NCBI GenBank assembly: GCA_938092135.1
Contig: CALLJL010000003.1
Span: 172,724 to 236,723 of the forward strand
DNA length: 64,000 nucleotides
Direction of reading: 5' to 3'
Origin: an uncultured bacterium
GTDB lineage: Bacteria; Acidobacteriota; Aminicenantia; Aminicenantales; CALLJL01
In this document: positions 28,486 through 39,076 of the stretch, piece by piece
Numbering within the stretch: the first letter of the stretch is position 1
How the letters are laid out: each line of letters opens with the position of its first letter
Program-made: the position numbers and the translations under genes
Notes under the pieces: model-generated
Told to the model about the DNA's origin: nothing
Seen by the model: only the letters and a program-made list of their open reading frames with translations
Databases searched by the model: none

Positions 28486-30282
28486 TTATTGAGGTTTTCT
28501 TTTTTCTATTTGAAAAGCGTAAATAATATCCCCTTCTTGAAAATCCTGAAATTTATCCAGAGCTAAGCCGCACTCCATATCCTTTTTAACTTCATTTACA
28601 TTATCCTTAAGGTGCTTAAGGGAAGCAATCCGACCTTGGTAGATAACCTCATTGCGGCGCAGAACCCTAACCTCGGCTGAACGGGTTATTTTGCCATCAA
28701 TAACATAGCAGCCAGCAACTTTACCTACTTTGGCAATATCGAAGATTTTTCTGACCTCTGCTTTACCGAGGGGAATTTCTCTAATTTCTGGCTCAAGCAG
28801 ACCACGAACAGCTTTTTTAATATCATCAATAATTTCATAAATAACTTGGTAGCTTCTGATTTCGACCTTCTCTCTTTGGGCAATCTCCTGGATGGCTGAT
28901 GGTATCCGGAGATTATAGGCCAGAATAACAGCCTTAGATGCTGAGGCCAGAAGAATGTCGGATTCGGTTACTGGACCTGTGGCAGCATGGACAATCTTTA
29001 CTTTGACTTCATCGGTACTGAAAGAGGGAAGTAGTCCTTTAAGAACATCCGCTGAACCCTGAACATCGGCTTTGATAATAAGGGCCAATTCTTTGGCCTC
29101 TCCCTTTTCAATTTGTTTAAATAATTCATCGAGAGAAAGGATCTGAGGCCTGGCTGCTTCTTCCTTTTTTATTTTAGCCAATCGACCTTTAACGATTCTT
29201 TCAGCCGTTTCTATATTGGGAACGACCTGAAAAAAATCACCTGCCACTGGAACCTCATTGAAACCTAAAACTTCTACAGGCATCGAAGGTTCAACTCGTC
29301 GGACAGGTCGACCAAGGTCATCAAAAATAGCTCTTACTTTGCCGAAGGTTAACCCGGAGATAAAGGCTTGACCAGGTAACAAAATTCCATGTTGAACAAT
29401 CACTGTTCCTGTAGGACCTTTCTTAGGATCGAGCTTGGCTTCAAGAACGATGCCCTGGGCTTCAACTTCTGGATTGGCTTTTAATTCGATAATGTCAGCA
29501 AGTAAAAGAATCATTTCAAGTAATTCATTAATATTTCTCTTTTCTTTAGCTGAAATTTCGACGCAGATGGTCTCCCCGCCCCATTCTTCCACCAGCAAGC
29601 CCTCTTGAGCCAGCTGCTGCTTGACTTTTTCCGGGTTGGCTTCAGGTTTATCGATTTTATTTATAGCAACAATTATAGGTACGCCGGCCGCCCGGGCGTG
29701 GCTAATTGCCTCTTTCGTTTGAGGCATAACACCATCATCGGCCGCCACAACGAGAACGACAATATCGGTTGCTTGAGCCCCTCTTAGCCTTAACTGGGTA
29801 AAGGCTTCATGGCCCGGAGTATCGATGAAGGTAATCCAGCGATTTTGCCAGGAAACTCGATAGGCCCCAATATGCTGAGTAATCCCGCCGAATTCCTTTT
29901 CGACGAGACGGGAATGGCGAATGGCGTCGAGTAGGGTAGTTTTGCCATGATCAACATGACCCATAATAGTAACGACCGGAGGTCTAGTTATAAGCTTTTC
30001 TTTTTCATTTAAGGCTCTGGTTTTAACTTCCTGTTCATAGGGAATTAATTCGAGTTCGCAATTGAATTCTTTGCCCAAAATAGGGATATAAGTTTCTTCA
30101 ATAAGGTCATTTAAATCGACAATTTTTCCATGACTTTCCAGTTTAGAGAGGAGATCTCGAGTTTTGACTCCAATCTTTTCTGCAACTTCTTTGAGAGTCA
30201 TTCCTTCTCGAAGAATAAAGCGCGGGCGGGGCGGGGTGATCACGGCCTCTTTGCCTTTCTTTTTTATTTTCTTTTTTTCCAT
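28486..30282 (-). CDS. infB: Translation initiation factor IF-2
   Basis: RPPVVTIMGHVDHGKTTLLD, GGITQHIGAY, DTPGHEAF, NKID, IIKADVQGS. Confidence 0.98.
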   Translation of the reverse strand: MEKKKIKKKGKEAVITPPRPRFILREGMTLKEVAEKIGVKTRDLLSKLESHGKIVDLNDLIEETYIPILGKEFNCELELIPYEQEVKTRALNEKEKLITRPPVVTIMGHVDHGKTTLLDAIRHSRLVEKEFGGITQHIGAYRVSWQNRWITFIDTPGHEAFTQLRLRGAQATDIVVLVVAADDGVMPQTKEAISHARAAGVPIIVAINKIDKPEANPEKVKQQLAQEGLLVEEWGGETICVEISAKEKRNINELLEMILLLADIIELKANPEVEAQGIVLEAKLDPKKGPTGTVIVQHGILLPGQAFISGLTFGKVRAIFDDLGRPVRRVEPSMPVEVLGFNEVPVAGDFFQVVPNIETAERIVKGRLAKIKKEEAARPQILSLDELFKQIEKGEAKELALIIKADVQGSADVLKGLLPSFSTDEVKVKIVHAATGPVTESDILLASASKAVILAYNLRIPSAIQEIAQREKVEIRSYQVIYEIIDDIKKAVRGLLEPEIREIPLGKAEVRKIFDIAKVGKVAGCYVIDGKITRSAEVRVLRRNEVIYQGRIASLKHLKDNVNEVKKDMECGLALDKFQDFQEGDIIYAFQIEKRKPQ

Positions 30283-30285
30283 GGT

Positions 30286-31311
30286 TTACTCTTCATTAAT
30301 TTCAATTTTCCACCCGATTAAACGGGAGGCTAATTTAACATTGATACCTTTTTTACCAATGGCCAAAGAAAGCTGGTCCTTTGGGACGATAGCCCGAAGG
30401 ATTTTTTCTTTTTTATTAATGATAATTATATTCTCGATTTTTGCTGGACTTAAAGCAGCTCGGGCATAACTTATAAGGTCAGATGACCAGACAAGGATAT
30501 CAATTTTTTCTCCTCGCAGTTCTTTGCTAATTGCCTGGATTCGATTGCCTTTAATCCCGATGCAGGCGCCTACGGGGTCAATATCCTTATCTGAGGTAAA
30601 AACAGCTACCTTGGCTCTTTCGCCCGGTTGACGAACAATATCTTTAATTTCAATCAAACCACTTGAAATTTCTGGAATTTCAATTTCTAAGAGCTTGGCC
30701 AGAAAACGGGGAGAAGTTCGTGAAAGATAAATCTGAGAACCCTTCGCCCCGCGAATCACATGGGTTATAACCGCCTTAACTCTATCCCCTCGCTTAAAAT
30801 CTTCATTAGGAAGCTTTTCTTTTAAAGGGAAGATGGCTTCGGCCTTATCAACTTCCACAATTATGTTTTGAGCTTCAAATCGGCGGACAACTCCAGTAAC
30901 GACTTCTCCCACTCTCGGCGCGAATTCATCATAAATCTTTTCTTGTTCAGCATCATGAACTTTTTGAAAAATAACTTGCTTAGCCACCTGAGCAGAAATT
31001 CGGCCGAGAGTGGCTGCTGGAAGATCTATCTCAAGAAAATCGCCTATCTTGGCTTTGCTCCATATTTTTTGAGCCTCTTCAAGGGAAATTTCCGTAGCCT
31101 GATTCTGAACCTTATCTACTACCTTTTTAATGACATAAACTCTAAGTTCTCCCTCTTCGGGCTTAAAATCAATTATGATTTTTTCCCCATGCGAAAAATA
31201 TTTACTCGAGGCTACGCGCAAAGATTCAATAATGGCGTCAACAATCACTTGAGGTTGGACGCCTCGCTCCTGGCTGAGCTGTAAAATAGTTGGCCACACC
31301 TCTATTTTCAT
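30286..31311 (-). CDS. nusA: Transcription termination/antitermination factor NusA
   Basis: GRISAQVAKQVI, S1 and KH domains, DPVGACIG, LSLAIGKKGINVKLASRL. Confidence 0.97.
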   Translation of the reverse strand: MKIEVWPTILQLSQERGVQPQVIVDAIIESLRVASSKYFSHGEKIIIDFKPEEGELRVYVIKKVVDKVQNQATEISLEEAQKIWSKAKIGDFLEIDLPAATLGRISAQVAKQVIFQKVHDAEQEKIYDEFAPRVGEVVTGVVRRFEAQNIIVEVDKAEAIFPLKEKLPNEDFKRGDRVKAVITHVIRGAKGSQIYLSRTSPRFLAKLLEIEIPEISSGLIEIKDIVRQPGERAKVAVFTSDKDIDPVGACIGIKGNRIQAISKELRGEKIDILVWSSDLISYARAALSPAKIENIIIINKKEKILRAIVPKDQLSLAIGKKGINVKLASRLIGWKIEINEE

Positions 31312-31405
31312 TGATGCCTTCGACCTCGCCGGCGGGTCTCTAAAGGTGGCTAATTATAATCTAATCTGCTTATAATAGCAAATGGCTAAATGAATATTTA
31401 AGCAT

Positions 31406-33715
31406 TTACTTTGATGGATTGGCCGGTAACGTGGCTTCCTTAGCTTCCATAGTTTCTTCGCCCGGTTCAAATTCTTTCAAACCAGGCCTTTTTGAATAAA
31501 GAATAGCAATAACAATAACCGCCAATAATCCCACGACCACCGCGATTAAACCTGGAGTTAATTTTTTATATTGGATAATTATAGGCGCGGCTAGAACCGA
31601 AACTAAGTTAATAACCTTAATCATTGGATTAAGAGCTGGGCCTGAAGTATCTTTAAGTGGGTCGCCCACTGTATCTCCAATAACAGCAGCCACATGGCAG
31701 GTGGAACCCTTGCCACCATAAAGTCCATCTTCAATGGTTTTTTTAGCATTATCCCAAGCGCCGCCTGTATTGGCCATAAAAACAGCAAGCAATTGAGCGG
31801 AGAGGATGGCGCCAGCCAAAAAACCACCGAGGGCCTCTACTTGAAGAGTTAAACCTATAAGCAGAGGCGTGACAACGGCTAAAAGGGCCAAGCTAATAAG
31901 CTCTTTTTGAGCGGCGACAGTACAAATGGAAACAGCTCGGGCATAGTCAGGTTTTACCTGACCTTCCATTAAACCAGGAATTCGGAACTGACGTCTTACT
32001 TCCATAACAATTAGAGAAGCTGCCCGGCTAACAGCATTAATGGTTAAACTGGAAAAGAGCCAGGGAATGGCACCGCCAATAAGAAGACCAATTAGAACAA
32101 TGGGTAAATTAATTCTTATCCCCGTATGTAAAAGTTGTTCAGGCTCAGGCACTCCTATTTGGGATTGAACTTTAGTTACATCAGTAAGGTAGGAGCCGAA
32201 AAGGGAAACAGCAGCAATTACTGCCGAACCTATAGCCACGCCCTTAGTAATAGCTTTAGTGGTATTGCCCACAGCATCGAGATCAGCCATGATTTGGCGA
32301 GCTTTTTTATCCAGATGAGCCATTTCTCCAATGCCATTGGCGTTATCAACAATTGGTCCATAGGAATCCATGGCGACATTATTTCCGGTTAGAGTTAACA
32401 TTCCTATTCCAGTCATGGCCACACCGTAAAGAACAAAAGCCACAGGTTGCCCCCAGTAAATTAAAAGAGCCGAAAGAATGGTTGCTGCGATAACCACGAT
32501 AGCCCAGACACTTGATTCCATTCCTTTGGAAAGTCCGGTTAAAAGCAAAGTGGCAGCGCCTGTTCTTGAATGGCGAGCTATTTCTTTGACCGGTGAATAA
32601 TGGGGATGGGTAAAATATTTGGTTAATTCATCAATGGAAATCGCAAGCAAAATGCCAACTCCAACAGAAAGAAAGGCTCTCCATTCATGCATATAGAAAT
32701 GAGCCAAGAGAGCAAATAGAACGATGCAGAGAATGGCCGAGGTGTAAAAACCTCGATTTATCGCCGCCATGGCATTACCAATTTCTTCCCCTTTCTTTCC
32801 TTTGACCTGATAGGTACCCACAATTGAAGAAAAAACACCGATGGCCCTTACGATAAGGGGAAAAATAATCCATTTTATTTCACCGGTTATGGCTACAAGG
32901 GCTAATCCAAGGATTAATCCAGAGACAATAGTTACTTCGTAACTTTCAAATATGTCTGCCGCCATACCGGCACAATCACCAACATTATCACCCACAAGAT
33001 CAGCAATAACAGCGGCATTGCGAGGATCATCTTCAGGGATATTTGCTTCCACTTTGCCGACAAGATCAGCGCCGACATCGGCGGCCTTGGTGTAAATGCC
33101 GCCTCCAACTCTCATGAAAAGAGCTAAAAGAGTGCCACCAAAACCGAAGCCTAAAAGAGCATCTGGCGCAGCTTTCTGGAAAATCATAAAAATGATGGTA
33201 CCACCGAGAAGACCGAGTCCATCGGTCAGCATGCCCGTAATGGTTCCAGCTCGGTATGCGATCCGTAGGGCTTTATCAAAACTCGAGCGAGCCGCAGCTG
33301 CTACCCGAACATTGCCTTGAACAGCCATGCGCATACCAATTTGTCCGACGAGGAGGGAAAAAGTCGCACCAAGAACAAAGGCTCCAGCCCGTCCCAAGCC
33401 CATAATCAATTTTATACGGTCAGACGAAAGACCTGGGAAACGCTCGATAGCCTCGGCTGAAGGAGGAACTATGTAGACGCTGAAAAAAAGAGCGAAAGTC
33501 AACAGAATTATCAGGGGGAGAATAGTTTTAAGCTGCCGTCTTAAATAGGCTTCGGCTCCCTGGCGAATAGCCTCCCAAATTTCGATCATTAAAGGAGAAC
33601 CCTTGTCTTCAGTGATTATCTGGCGCCAAAGAAAAATAGCATAGCCAAGACCAATAACAGCGATGAATAGAACTGTCCAGAGAGCCGCAGTTTCAAAAGG
33701 GGTGGCCGCTAACAT
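31406..33715 (-). CDS. hppA: Membrane-bound ion-translocating pyrophosphatase (predicted K+-independent H+-PPase)
   Basis: GGGIYTKAADVGADLVGKVE, DNVGD, GGAWDNAKK, GDTVGDPLKDTSGP. The GNTTKA motif carries Lys. Confidence 0.96.
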   Translation of the reverse strand: MLAATPFETAALWTVLFIAVIGLGYAIFLWRQIITEDKGSPLMIEIWEAIRQGAEAYLRRQLKTILPLIILLTFALFFSVYIVPPSAEAIERFPGLSSDRIKLIMGLGRAGAFVLGATFSLLVGQIGMRMAVQGNVRVAAAARSSFDKALRIAYRAGTITGMLTDGLGLLGGTIIFMIFQKAAPDALLGFGFGGTLLALFMRVGGGIYTKAADVGADLVGKVEANIPEDDPRNAAVIADLVGDNVGDCAGMAADIFESYEVTIVSGLILGLALVAITGEIKWIIFPLIVRAIGVFSSIVGTYQVKGKKGEEIGNAMAAINRGFYTSAILCIVLFALLAHFYMHEWRAFLSVGVGILLAISIDELTKYFTHPHYSPVKEIARHSRTGAATLLLTGLSKGMESSVWAIVVIAATILSALLIYWGQPVAFVLYGVAMTGIGMLTLTGNNVAMDSYGPIVDNANGIGEMAHLDKKARQIMADLDAVGNTTKAITKGVAIGSAVIAAVSLFGSYLTDVTKVQSQIGVPEPEQLLHTGIRINLPIVLIGLLIGGAIPWLFSSLTINAVSRAASLIVMEVRRQFRIPGLMEGQVKPDYARAVSICTVAAQKELISLALLAVVTPLLIGLTLQVEALGGFLAGAILSAQLLAVFMANTGGAWDNAKKTIEDGLYGGKGSTCHVAAVIGDTVGDPLKDTSGPALNPMIKVINLVSVLAAPIIIQYKKLTPGLIAVVVGLLAVIVIAILYSKRPGLKEFEPGEETMEAKEATLPANPSK

Positions 33716-33828
33716 TCTTGTCTCCTTAAAATAAAATCAGCCATTATAAAAGACGCTTATTTAAAAAAACATCAATCCCGGAAATAGTCGCCATTTATAA
33801 CATATTTCAGTTTAAAATTCAATTTCAT

Positions 33829-35187
33829 TCAGATGCTTTCAGGAACGATTTCTCCATGAAGGCTGTAAGGACCGAATGAAGTAATTTTTACCTTGACCAT
33901 TTTATTGGTAACTTCTAGGGAAGAAGAAAAATTGACAACTTGATGGGCCTCATTGCGGCCGCAATAAAGATGAGGCGTTTTTTGACTTCGGCCTAGACAT
34001 AAGACATCAATAATCCGGCCAGCAAAATTGGCATTGATTTCAAGCTGGATTTTCTTTTGGAGCGATTGCAATTCAATCAAACGGCGCCGTTTGACTTCAA
34101 AGGGGACATCGTCAGGCCATTGAGAGGCGGCGGTTAAAGGTCGGGGTGAATAACGGAAGGAAAAAATATTAGTGAAACGCACTTCTTCGAGCAATCTGAG
34201 AGTATCTTCAAAATCTTTTTCACTTTCTCCGGGGAAGCCAACTATAATATCTGTGGAAAGACTTATTTCTGGCATGAGCTCCTTAAGCATGGCAATTTTT
34301 TCAAGATATTCTTCGCGGGTATAACCACGGTTCATTCTTTTGAGAATCGAATTTGAACCTGCCTGGACAGGTAGATGGAGTTGGCGGCAGATTTTCTTTT
34401 CTTCAGCCATCGCTTGCGCGATTTCCCTAGTCAGATTTTTTGGATGGGAAGTAATGAAGCGAATCCATTTCAAATTATTTATTTGGGCTACTTGTCGAAG
34501 CAAATCGGCCAAAGATTGATTGGATTCAGGGTCACGGTAGCTGGTGATGCTCTGCCCAAGTAATTGAACTTCGAGGAAACCACGATCCGCCAGAGCTTTT
34601 ATTTCTTCAAGGATGAATCGAGCTGGTCGATATTTTTCTCGGCCCCGTACAAAAGGTACAATGCAATAGGTGCAGAAATTATTGCAACCCTCCATTATGG
34701 GGACATAGGCGCTAACCTGGCTTTCTCGTCTAATTAAAGAATAGGGATGCTCTCTCCAATGGCCAGACCAGGTTGTCGAGGTTATTTTTTCTTTATGATC
34801 AATAATTTTAGGCAATTCAAGATAATTATCTGGCCCAATAACATAATCTATATGGGGCTGAAGCTTGAATAATTCCTCACCTTCAAGCTGGGCAACACAG
34901 CCGACAACGGCAATTTTAAAACCTCTCTTTTTCTTTATCTCTTTCAGCCGGCCTAAAAGAGAGAAAAATTTGTCGACCGATTTAGCCCGAACAGCACAGG
35001 TATTAATAATGACAAGATTGCTTTCTTCTGGGCAATTTCCTTTTTGCCAGCCATAACTTGTCAGCAAACCAGCGATATGCTCTGAATCGCTTTCATTCAT
35101 CTGACAGCCAAAGGTATGAATAAAGAAGGTTGGTCTGGTTGAATCTGGTTTCTCCTTTTGATTGCCAATTACTTCCATTTCATCCAT
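33829..35187 (-). CDS. miaB: tRNA-2-methylthio-N6-dimethylallyladenosine synthase
   Basis: TFGCQMNESDSE, NTCAVR, GCVAQ, GCNNFCTYCIVP, TDIIVGFPGE, C-terminal TRAM domain. Confidence 0.95.
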   Translation of the reverse strand: MDEMEVIGNQKEKPDSTRPTFFIHTFGCQMNESDSEHIAGLLTSYGWQKGNCPEESNLVIINTCAVRAKSVDKFFSLLGRLKEIKKKRGFKIAVVGCVAQLEGEELFKLQPHIDYVIGPDNYLELPKIIDHKEKITSTTWSGHWREHPYSLIRRESQVSAYVPIMEGCNNFCTYCIVPFVRGREKYRPARFILEEIKALADRGFLEVQLLGQSITSYRDPESNQSLADLLRQVAQINNLKWIRFITSHPKNLTREIAQAMAEEKKICRQLHLPVQAGSNSILKRMNRGYTREEYLEKIAMLKELMPEISLSTDIIVGFPGESEKDFEDTLRLLEEVRFTNIFSFRYSPRPLTAASQWPDDVPFEVKRRRLIELQSLQKKIQLEINANFAGRIIDVLCLGRSQKTPHLYCGRNEAHQVVNFSSSLEVTNKMVKVKITSFGPYSLHGEIVPESI

Positions 35188-35464
35188 TTTTTATTTTTTA
35201 TCCTTCGTCTTCTTTATTTGGCCTTTCTATTTTTAATTCTAGCTTTTTCTTTTTTGTATCTTTTTCTGTCTTGTTGCTTAACTATTTTTTGCCACTTGCT
35301 TTTTATTCAATCCTTCTAATCAAAAATTCCACGCCTTAGGCATTATTTATATTATAGCAAGCTTTTCAGGTTCTAAAGAATTTTTTAATAGTTCCACTTA
35401 ATTCTAAGAAATAGGACAATTTTAATCAGGCTAGATTAGATAAGAAGAAGACGGGCCAAAATAA

Positions 35465-35926
35465 TCAGAGAATTTCCTCTAAGATCTGAATAGATGAAGC
35501 AATAAGATTTGGGCAGATGGAATCAAAAAGACCTCTAGCGAGAGCTTGTTCATAGCTGTCTGGCTGACTTAAATCAATCCCAAGTAGTTGGCGACAGGTT
35601 AAAGCCCCGTGCTTTTTCCTAAAACGGCTAAAGAATTCTTGAGTTAAAGAATAGGTTTTCTCTCTAGCCTCGTTGTCTTCAGGCCTAATTTTACCATATT
35701 TCAAACCAATAACCATCATGGCTCCGGTAACAGCTCCGCAGATTTCTCCCTGACGGGCCAAACCGCCGCCGAAGGCTTGAGCTATTCTTGAGGCCGTTGC
35801 TTCAGGAAGACCATAATCAGGGGCAAAGGTAAGAAGCACTGATTGAGCACAATTAAAGTGAGATTGAAAATATTGCTTAGCTTTTTCTGTTTTGTCCATT
35901 TCAGCCTCGCTACGAAAAATTATCAA
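35465..35926 (-). CDS. C-GCAxxG-C-C family putative redox-active protein
   Basis: FNCAQSV, FGGG, ICGAVTG, LTCRQLLG, ICP. The start may be the ATG at MDKTEK. Confidence 0.9.
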   Translation of the reverse strand: MIIFRSEAEMDKTEKAKQYFQSHFNCAQSVLLTFAPDYGLPEATASRIAQAFGGGLARQGEICGAVTGAMMVIGLKYGKIRPEDNEAREKTYSLTQEFFSRFRKKHGALTCRQLLGIDLSQPDSYEQALARGLFDSICPNLIASSIQILEEIL

Positions 35927-36008
35927 AACTTAAATTCTTAGGTTTTAGAAATAGATTTCATAACAATAAATCTAAAAAATCATAATTTTTCTGTACTCTC
36001 AATTGTCA

Positions 36009-37700
36009 TCAATCTGAAAGTTCGCTCCCAAGATTATGGCGAAGCATTTCTCGGGCATTTTGTAATGAAAGAGGCGTTATTCTCCGGCCAGAAAGAAGTC
36101 GGGCCAATTCTTTAACCCTTTCTTCAAAATCGAGTTTTTCCACTGAGGTAAAGGTTCTTTCCCCTTCCACTCGCTTAACAATGCGAAAATGGTGGTTGGC
36201 AAAGGAGGCAATCTGGGGCAGATGGGTGATGCAAATTACCTGATGGCGCCGGGCCAAAGAACGAAGTTTCTGGGCGATAAAATCGGCGGTCTGACCTCCA
36301 ATGCCAGAATCAATTTCATCAAAGATAAGCGTTTTACCAGATGAACTTTCCTTGCCTAGGGCCTTCAAAGCTAGCATGATTCTCGAAAGCTCGCCACCTG
36401 AAGCTATCTTCCTTAAAGGTCTTAACTCCTCTCCTGGGTTCGGGCTTATAAGAAATTCAACTTCATCCCATCCTGATTCTTTTATTCGATCTATTTCCTC
36501 AAGAGAAAAAGGCCGAGTCAGTATTTTCAGTTTGAATTCAGCTTCTTTCATTCCCAGTTGGCTAATTTCTTTTTTAAGGTGTTGTTCCAGCTCTTTTGCT
36601 CCCTTATGCCTGAGTTCAGATAGCTCCCTAGCTTTATTCTGATATTCCTTAAAGGTTCTTTCTATTTCCCGGTTGAGATCAGCAAGTCTTTCTTCAGAAC
36701 TAATAAGCTGATCTCTTTCTTCTTCAATTTTTTGTAAGTAATCCAAAATATCGCTAATTTCCCCACCATATTTTCTTTTGAGCCTTTCTATCTGACTCAA
36801 TCTTTCTTCAATTTTTTCGAGTCTATCGGGAGCAGCTTCCTGAAGCTGTTCGAGGCGAATAAGACTTTCAACCATCTCTCGGGCGAGAATACTCAAAGGT
36901 TCGAGATTGCGCCAAACCTCTTGAAAGGAAGGTTCAAATTGACTTAGTTCCTCAAGATAAGTGGCAAGACGTTTGAGCTGAGTTAAAAGCGAGTTATCGC
37001 CATAATAAGCAATTTCAAGGGCTTGAACACAGAGCCGAGCAATTTTTTCAGCATTTTTAAGCCGATGACGCTCGGCCAAAAGTTCTTCCCATTCTCCTGG
37101 CTTTAAATTGGCACGTTTGATTTCCTCAATTTGATAGGCTAAAAAATCCAGTCTTCTTTCTCTTTCTTTTTGTCTTTCTTCAATCGCTCTTTTTTCCTCT
37201 TTTAAAGCCTGCAACTGATGATAGAGAATGCTTATTTCCCGACGAAGACGGCTGGCTTCGATATAATCATCGAGATAATTAAGATGATATTCAAGCTGAA
37301 GAAGGAAAATATGATCATTCTGGCCATAGATGTCAACCAGCTCATCGGCTACTTCTTTCAGCCGTCGAACAGGGACTAAAATGCCATTAATATATGCCTT
37401 ACCTGTCCCTTCGGAAGTTATGGTTCGCTGAAGGAAAATTTCACTATCAACAAGATAGGATTTAAGAGGCGACTCTTTTTGCTCTGATTTGACTCTAAAA
37501 ACGGCCTCCACCATCGCTTCCTTTTTGCCGGTCCGGATAATATCAGGAGAGGCTCGTTCGCCGAGAAGAAGTTTTATCCCGTCAATGATGATAGATTTGC
37601 CAGCCCCTGTTTCACCGGTTAAAATGGTAAATCCAGGAGAAAGCTCAAGCTCCAAATCTTCAATGGTCGCCAAATTGCGGATATGAAGGGAAACAAGCAT
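36009..37700 (-). CDS. recN: DNA repair protein RecN
   Basis: TGETGAGKS Walker A, long coiled coil, ASGGELSR, IFDEIDSGIGG, CITHLPQIA. Confidence 0.97.
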   Translation of the reverse strand: MLVSLHIRNLATIEDLELELSPGFTILTGETGAGKSIIIDGIKLLLGERASPDIIRTGKKEAMVEAVFRVKSEQKESPLKSYLVDSEIFLQRTITSEGTGKAYINGILVPVRRLKEVADELVDIYGQNDHIFLLQLEYHLNYLDDYIEASRLRREISILYHQLQALKEEKRAIEERQKERERRLDFLAYQIEEIKRANLKPGEWEELLAERHRLKNAEKIARLCVQALEIAYYGDNSLLTQLKRLATYLEELSQFEPSFQEVWRNLEPLSILAREMVESLIRLEQLQEAAPDRLEKIEERLSQIERLKRKYGGEISDILDYLQKIEEERDQLISSEERLADLNREIERTFKEYQNKARELSELRHKGAKELEQHLKKEISQLGMKEAEFKLKILTRPFSLEEIDRIKESGWDEVEFLISPNPGEELRPLRKIASGGELSRIMLALKALGKESSSGKTLIFDEIDSGIGGQTADFIAQKLRSLARRHQVICITHLPQIASFANHHFRIVKRVEGERTFTSVEKLDFEERVKELARLLSGRRITPLSLQNAREMLRHNLGSELSD

Positions 37701-37703
37701 GGG

Positions 37704-39065
37704 CTATTTTTTTATTTTAATTGGCGCTAAAGCTTTTTCCATATTAATCCGGCCGTAGCCAATAAAATCATCTCGACCTTTATATTGAAGGGCATTGATG
37801 TCATCACAGGAATAGCGAATAACATCCATTATTTCTCTAGCTCTTAACCAGGGTTTAAGACTTTTGAGCAGGGCGGCCAGCCCAGCCACATGAGGAGCGG
37901 CCATGGAAGTTCCAGTCCCATAGCCATAGGGAAAAGAATCAGGTCCAAAATACCAGCGGGGGACAAGGCTAACCACTCTTACACCTGGGGCGGCCACATC
38001 GATTTCTGGGCCAAAATTGGACCAATTGGGTCGAGTATCATTATAATCGGTGGCCGCTACGGCTAAACAATAATTGTCGTAAGCAGCAGGATAGAGAACT
38101 GGCCCTCCATCATTACCTGCAGCAGCCACAATAACCACATTTTTTTCGTAGGCATAGCGAACAGCCTGTTCAAGAGTTTGGGATGGTTCATCTCCGCCAA
38201 TGCTGAGATTAATGACAGCCACATTGTTGTCGGCTGCCCAGATAATAGCTTCGGCCACCCAGCTATAAAGGCCTGATCCTTCTTTATCAATTACTTTTAA
38301 GGGGAGAACCTCACAGTTCCAGGCTACGCCGGCAATCCCTTCATTATTGTTTGTGGCTGCGGCTACTATTCCGGCCACGTGGGTTCCATGGCCATGGTCA
38401 TCGGTGGCGTCAAAATCGTTATTGACAAAATCGCGGCCACTTGAGCGCACTTTTGTTTTTATATCAGGATGAAGTAAGTCGATTCCGCTGTCCACGATGG
38501 CGATAAGAACATCTTTATTCCCTTTACTATGCTCCCAGGCTTCAGAGGCCCGGATATCAGCTCTGGATTTCCCCTGAGGACTACCAGGAAGGAGAAGGGT
38601 GCCACCTGGGTTATAAAGAGCATATTGATATTTAAAAAGCGGATCATTGGGAGTGACAACGATTCGAACATAGCCATTGGGTTCAGCAAATTCCACGTCA
38701 GGATGGAGGCGAAGAAGTTCAACCATTTCTTTTACGCTAAGATGACGAGGAACTTCAATTTGATGGACGTCAATTCGGGGTATTTTTTTCAAGCGACGGG
38801 AACCATAGAGGGTGATTATAGCTTCAATGTTAGCTTCACTTATTCCAGTTTTAAATTTCACTAGAACCTCGCCATCTTTGTAACGGGGTGTGATAATTCG
38901 GAAAGGTTGACCAGCGTTAAGATCGGCAAAATGGGCTTTGAACCTGGGATGAGTCTGTCGGAAATAAGGTTTTCCTTTTTCTTGAGTTGAAAGGCGAGCA
39001 CTTAAGAAAAAAGAAAATGTTATTGCCACAATCAAGAGAACGAATATATGTTTAATGTTTTTCAT
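37704..39065 (-). CDS. Secreted S8 (subtilisin/thermitase-like) serine peptidase with propeptide
   Basis: Signal peptide. IAIVDSG (Asp), HGTHVAG (His), AAAGN, GTSMAAPHVAG (Ser). Confidence 0.96.
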   Translation of the reverse strand: MKNIKHIFVLLIVAITFSFFLSARLSTQEKGKPYFRQTHPRFKAHFADLNAGQPFRIITPRYKDGEVLVKFKTGISEANIEAIITLYGSRRLKKIPRIDVHQIEVPRHLSVKEMVELLRLHPDVEFAEPNGYVRIVVTPNDPLFKYQYALYNPGGTLLLPGSPQGKSRADIRASEAWEHSKGNKDVLIAIVDSGIDLLHPDIKTKVRSSGRDFVNNDFDATDDHGHGTHVAGIVAAATNNNEGIAGVAWNCEVLPLKVIDKEGSGLYSWVAEAIIWAADNNVAVINLSIGGDEPSQTLEQAVRYAYEKNVVIVAAAGNDGGPVLYPAAYDNYCLAVAATDYNDTRPNWSNFGPEIDVAAPGVRVVSLVPRWYFGPDSFPYGYGTGTSMAAPHVAGLAALLKSLKPWLRAREIMDVIRYSCDDINALQYKGRDDFIGYGRINMEKALAPIKIKK

Positions 39066-39076
39066 TTTCGACCTCC

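Noticed and set aside
35130-35339. 69-aa Phe-rich ORF upstream of miaB
   Set aside because: It reflects a T-rich low-complexity intergenic tract and overlaps miaB in antisense.
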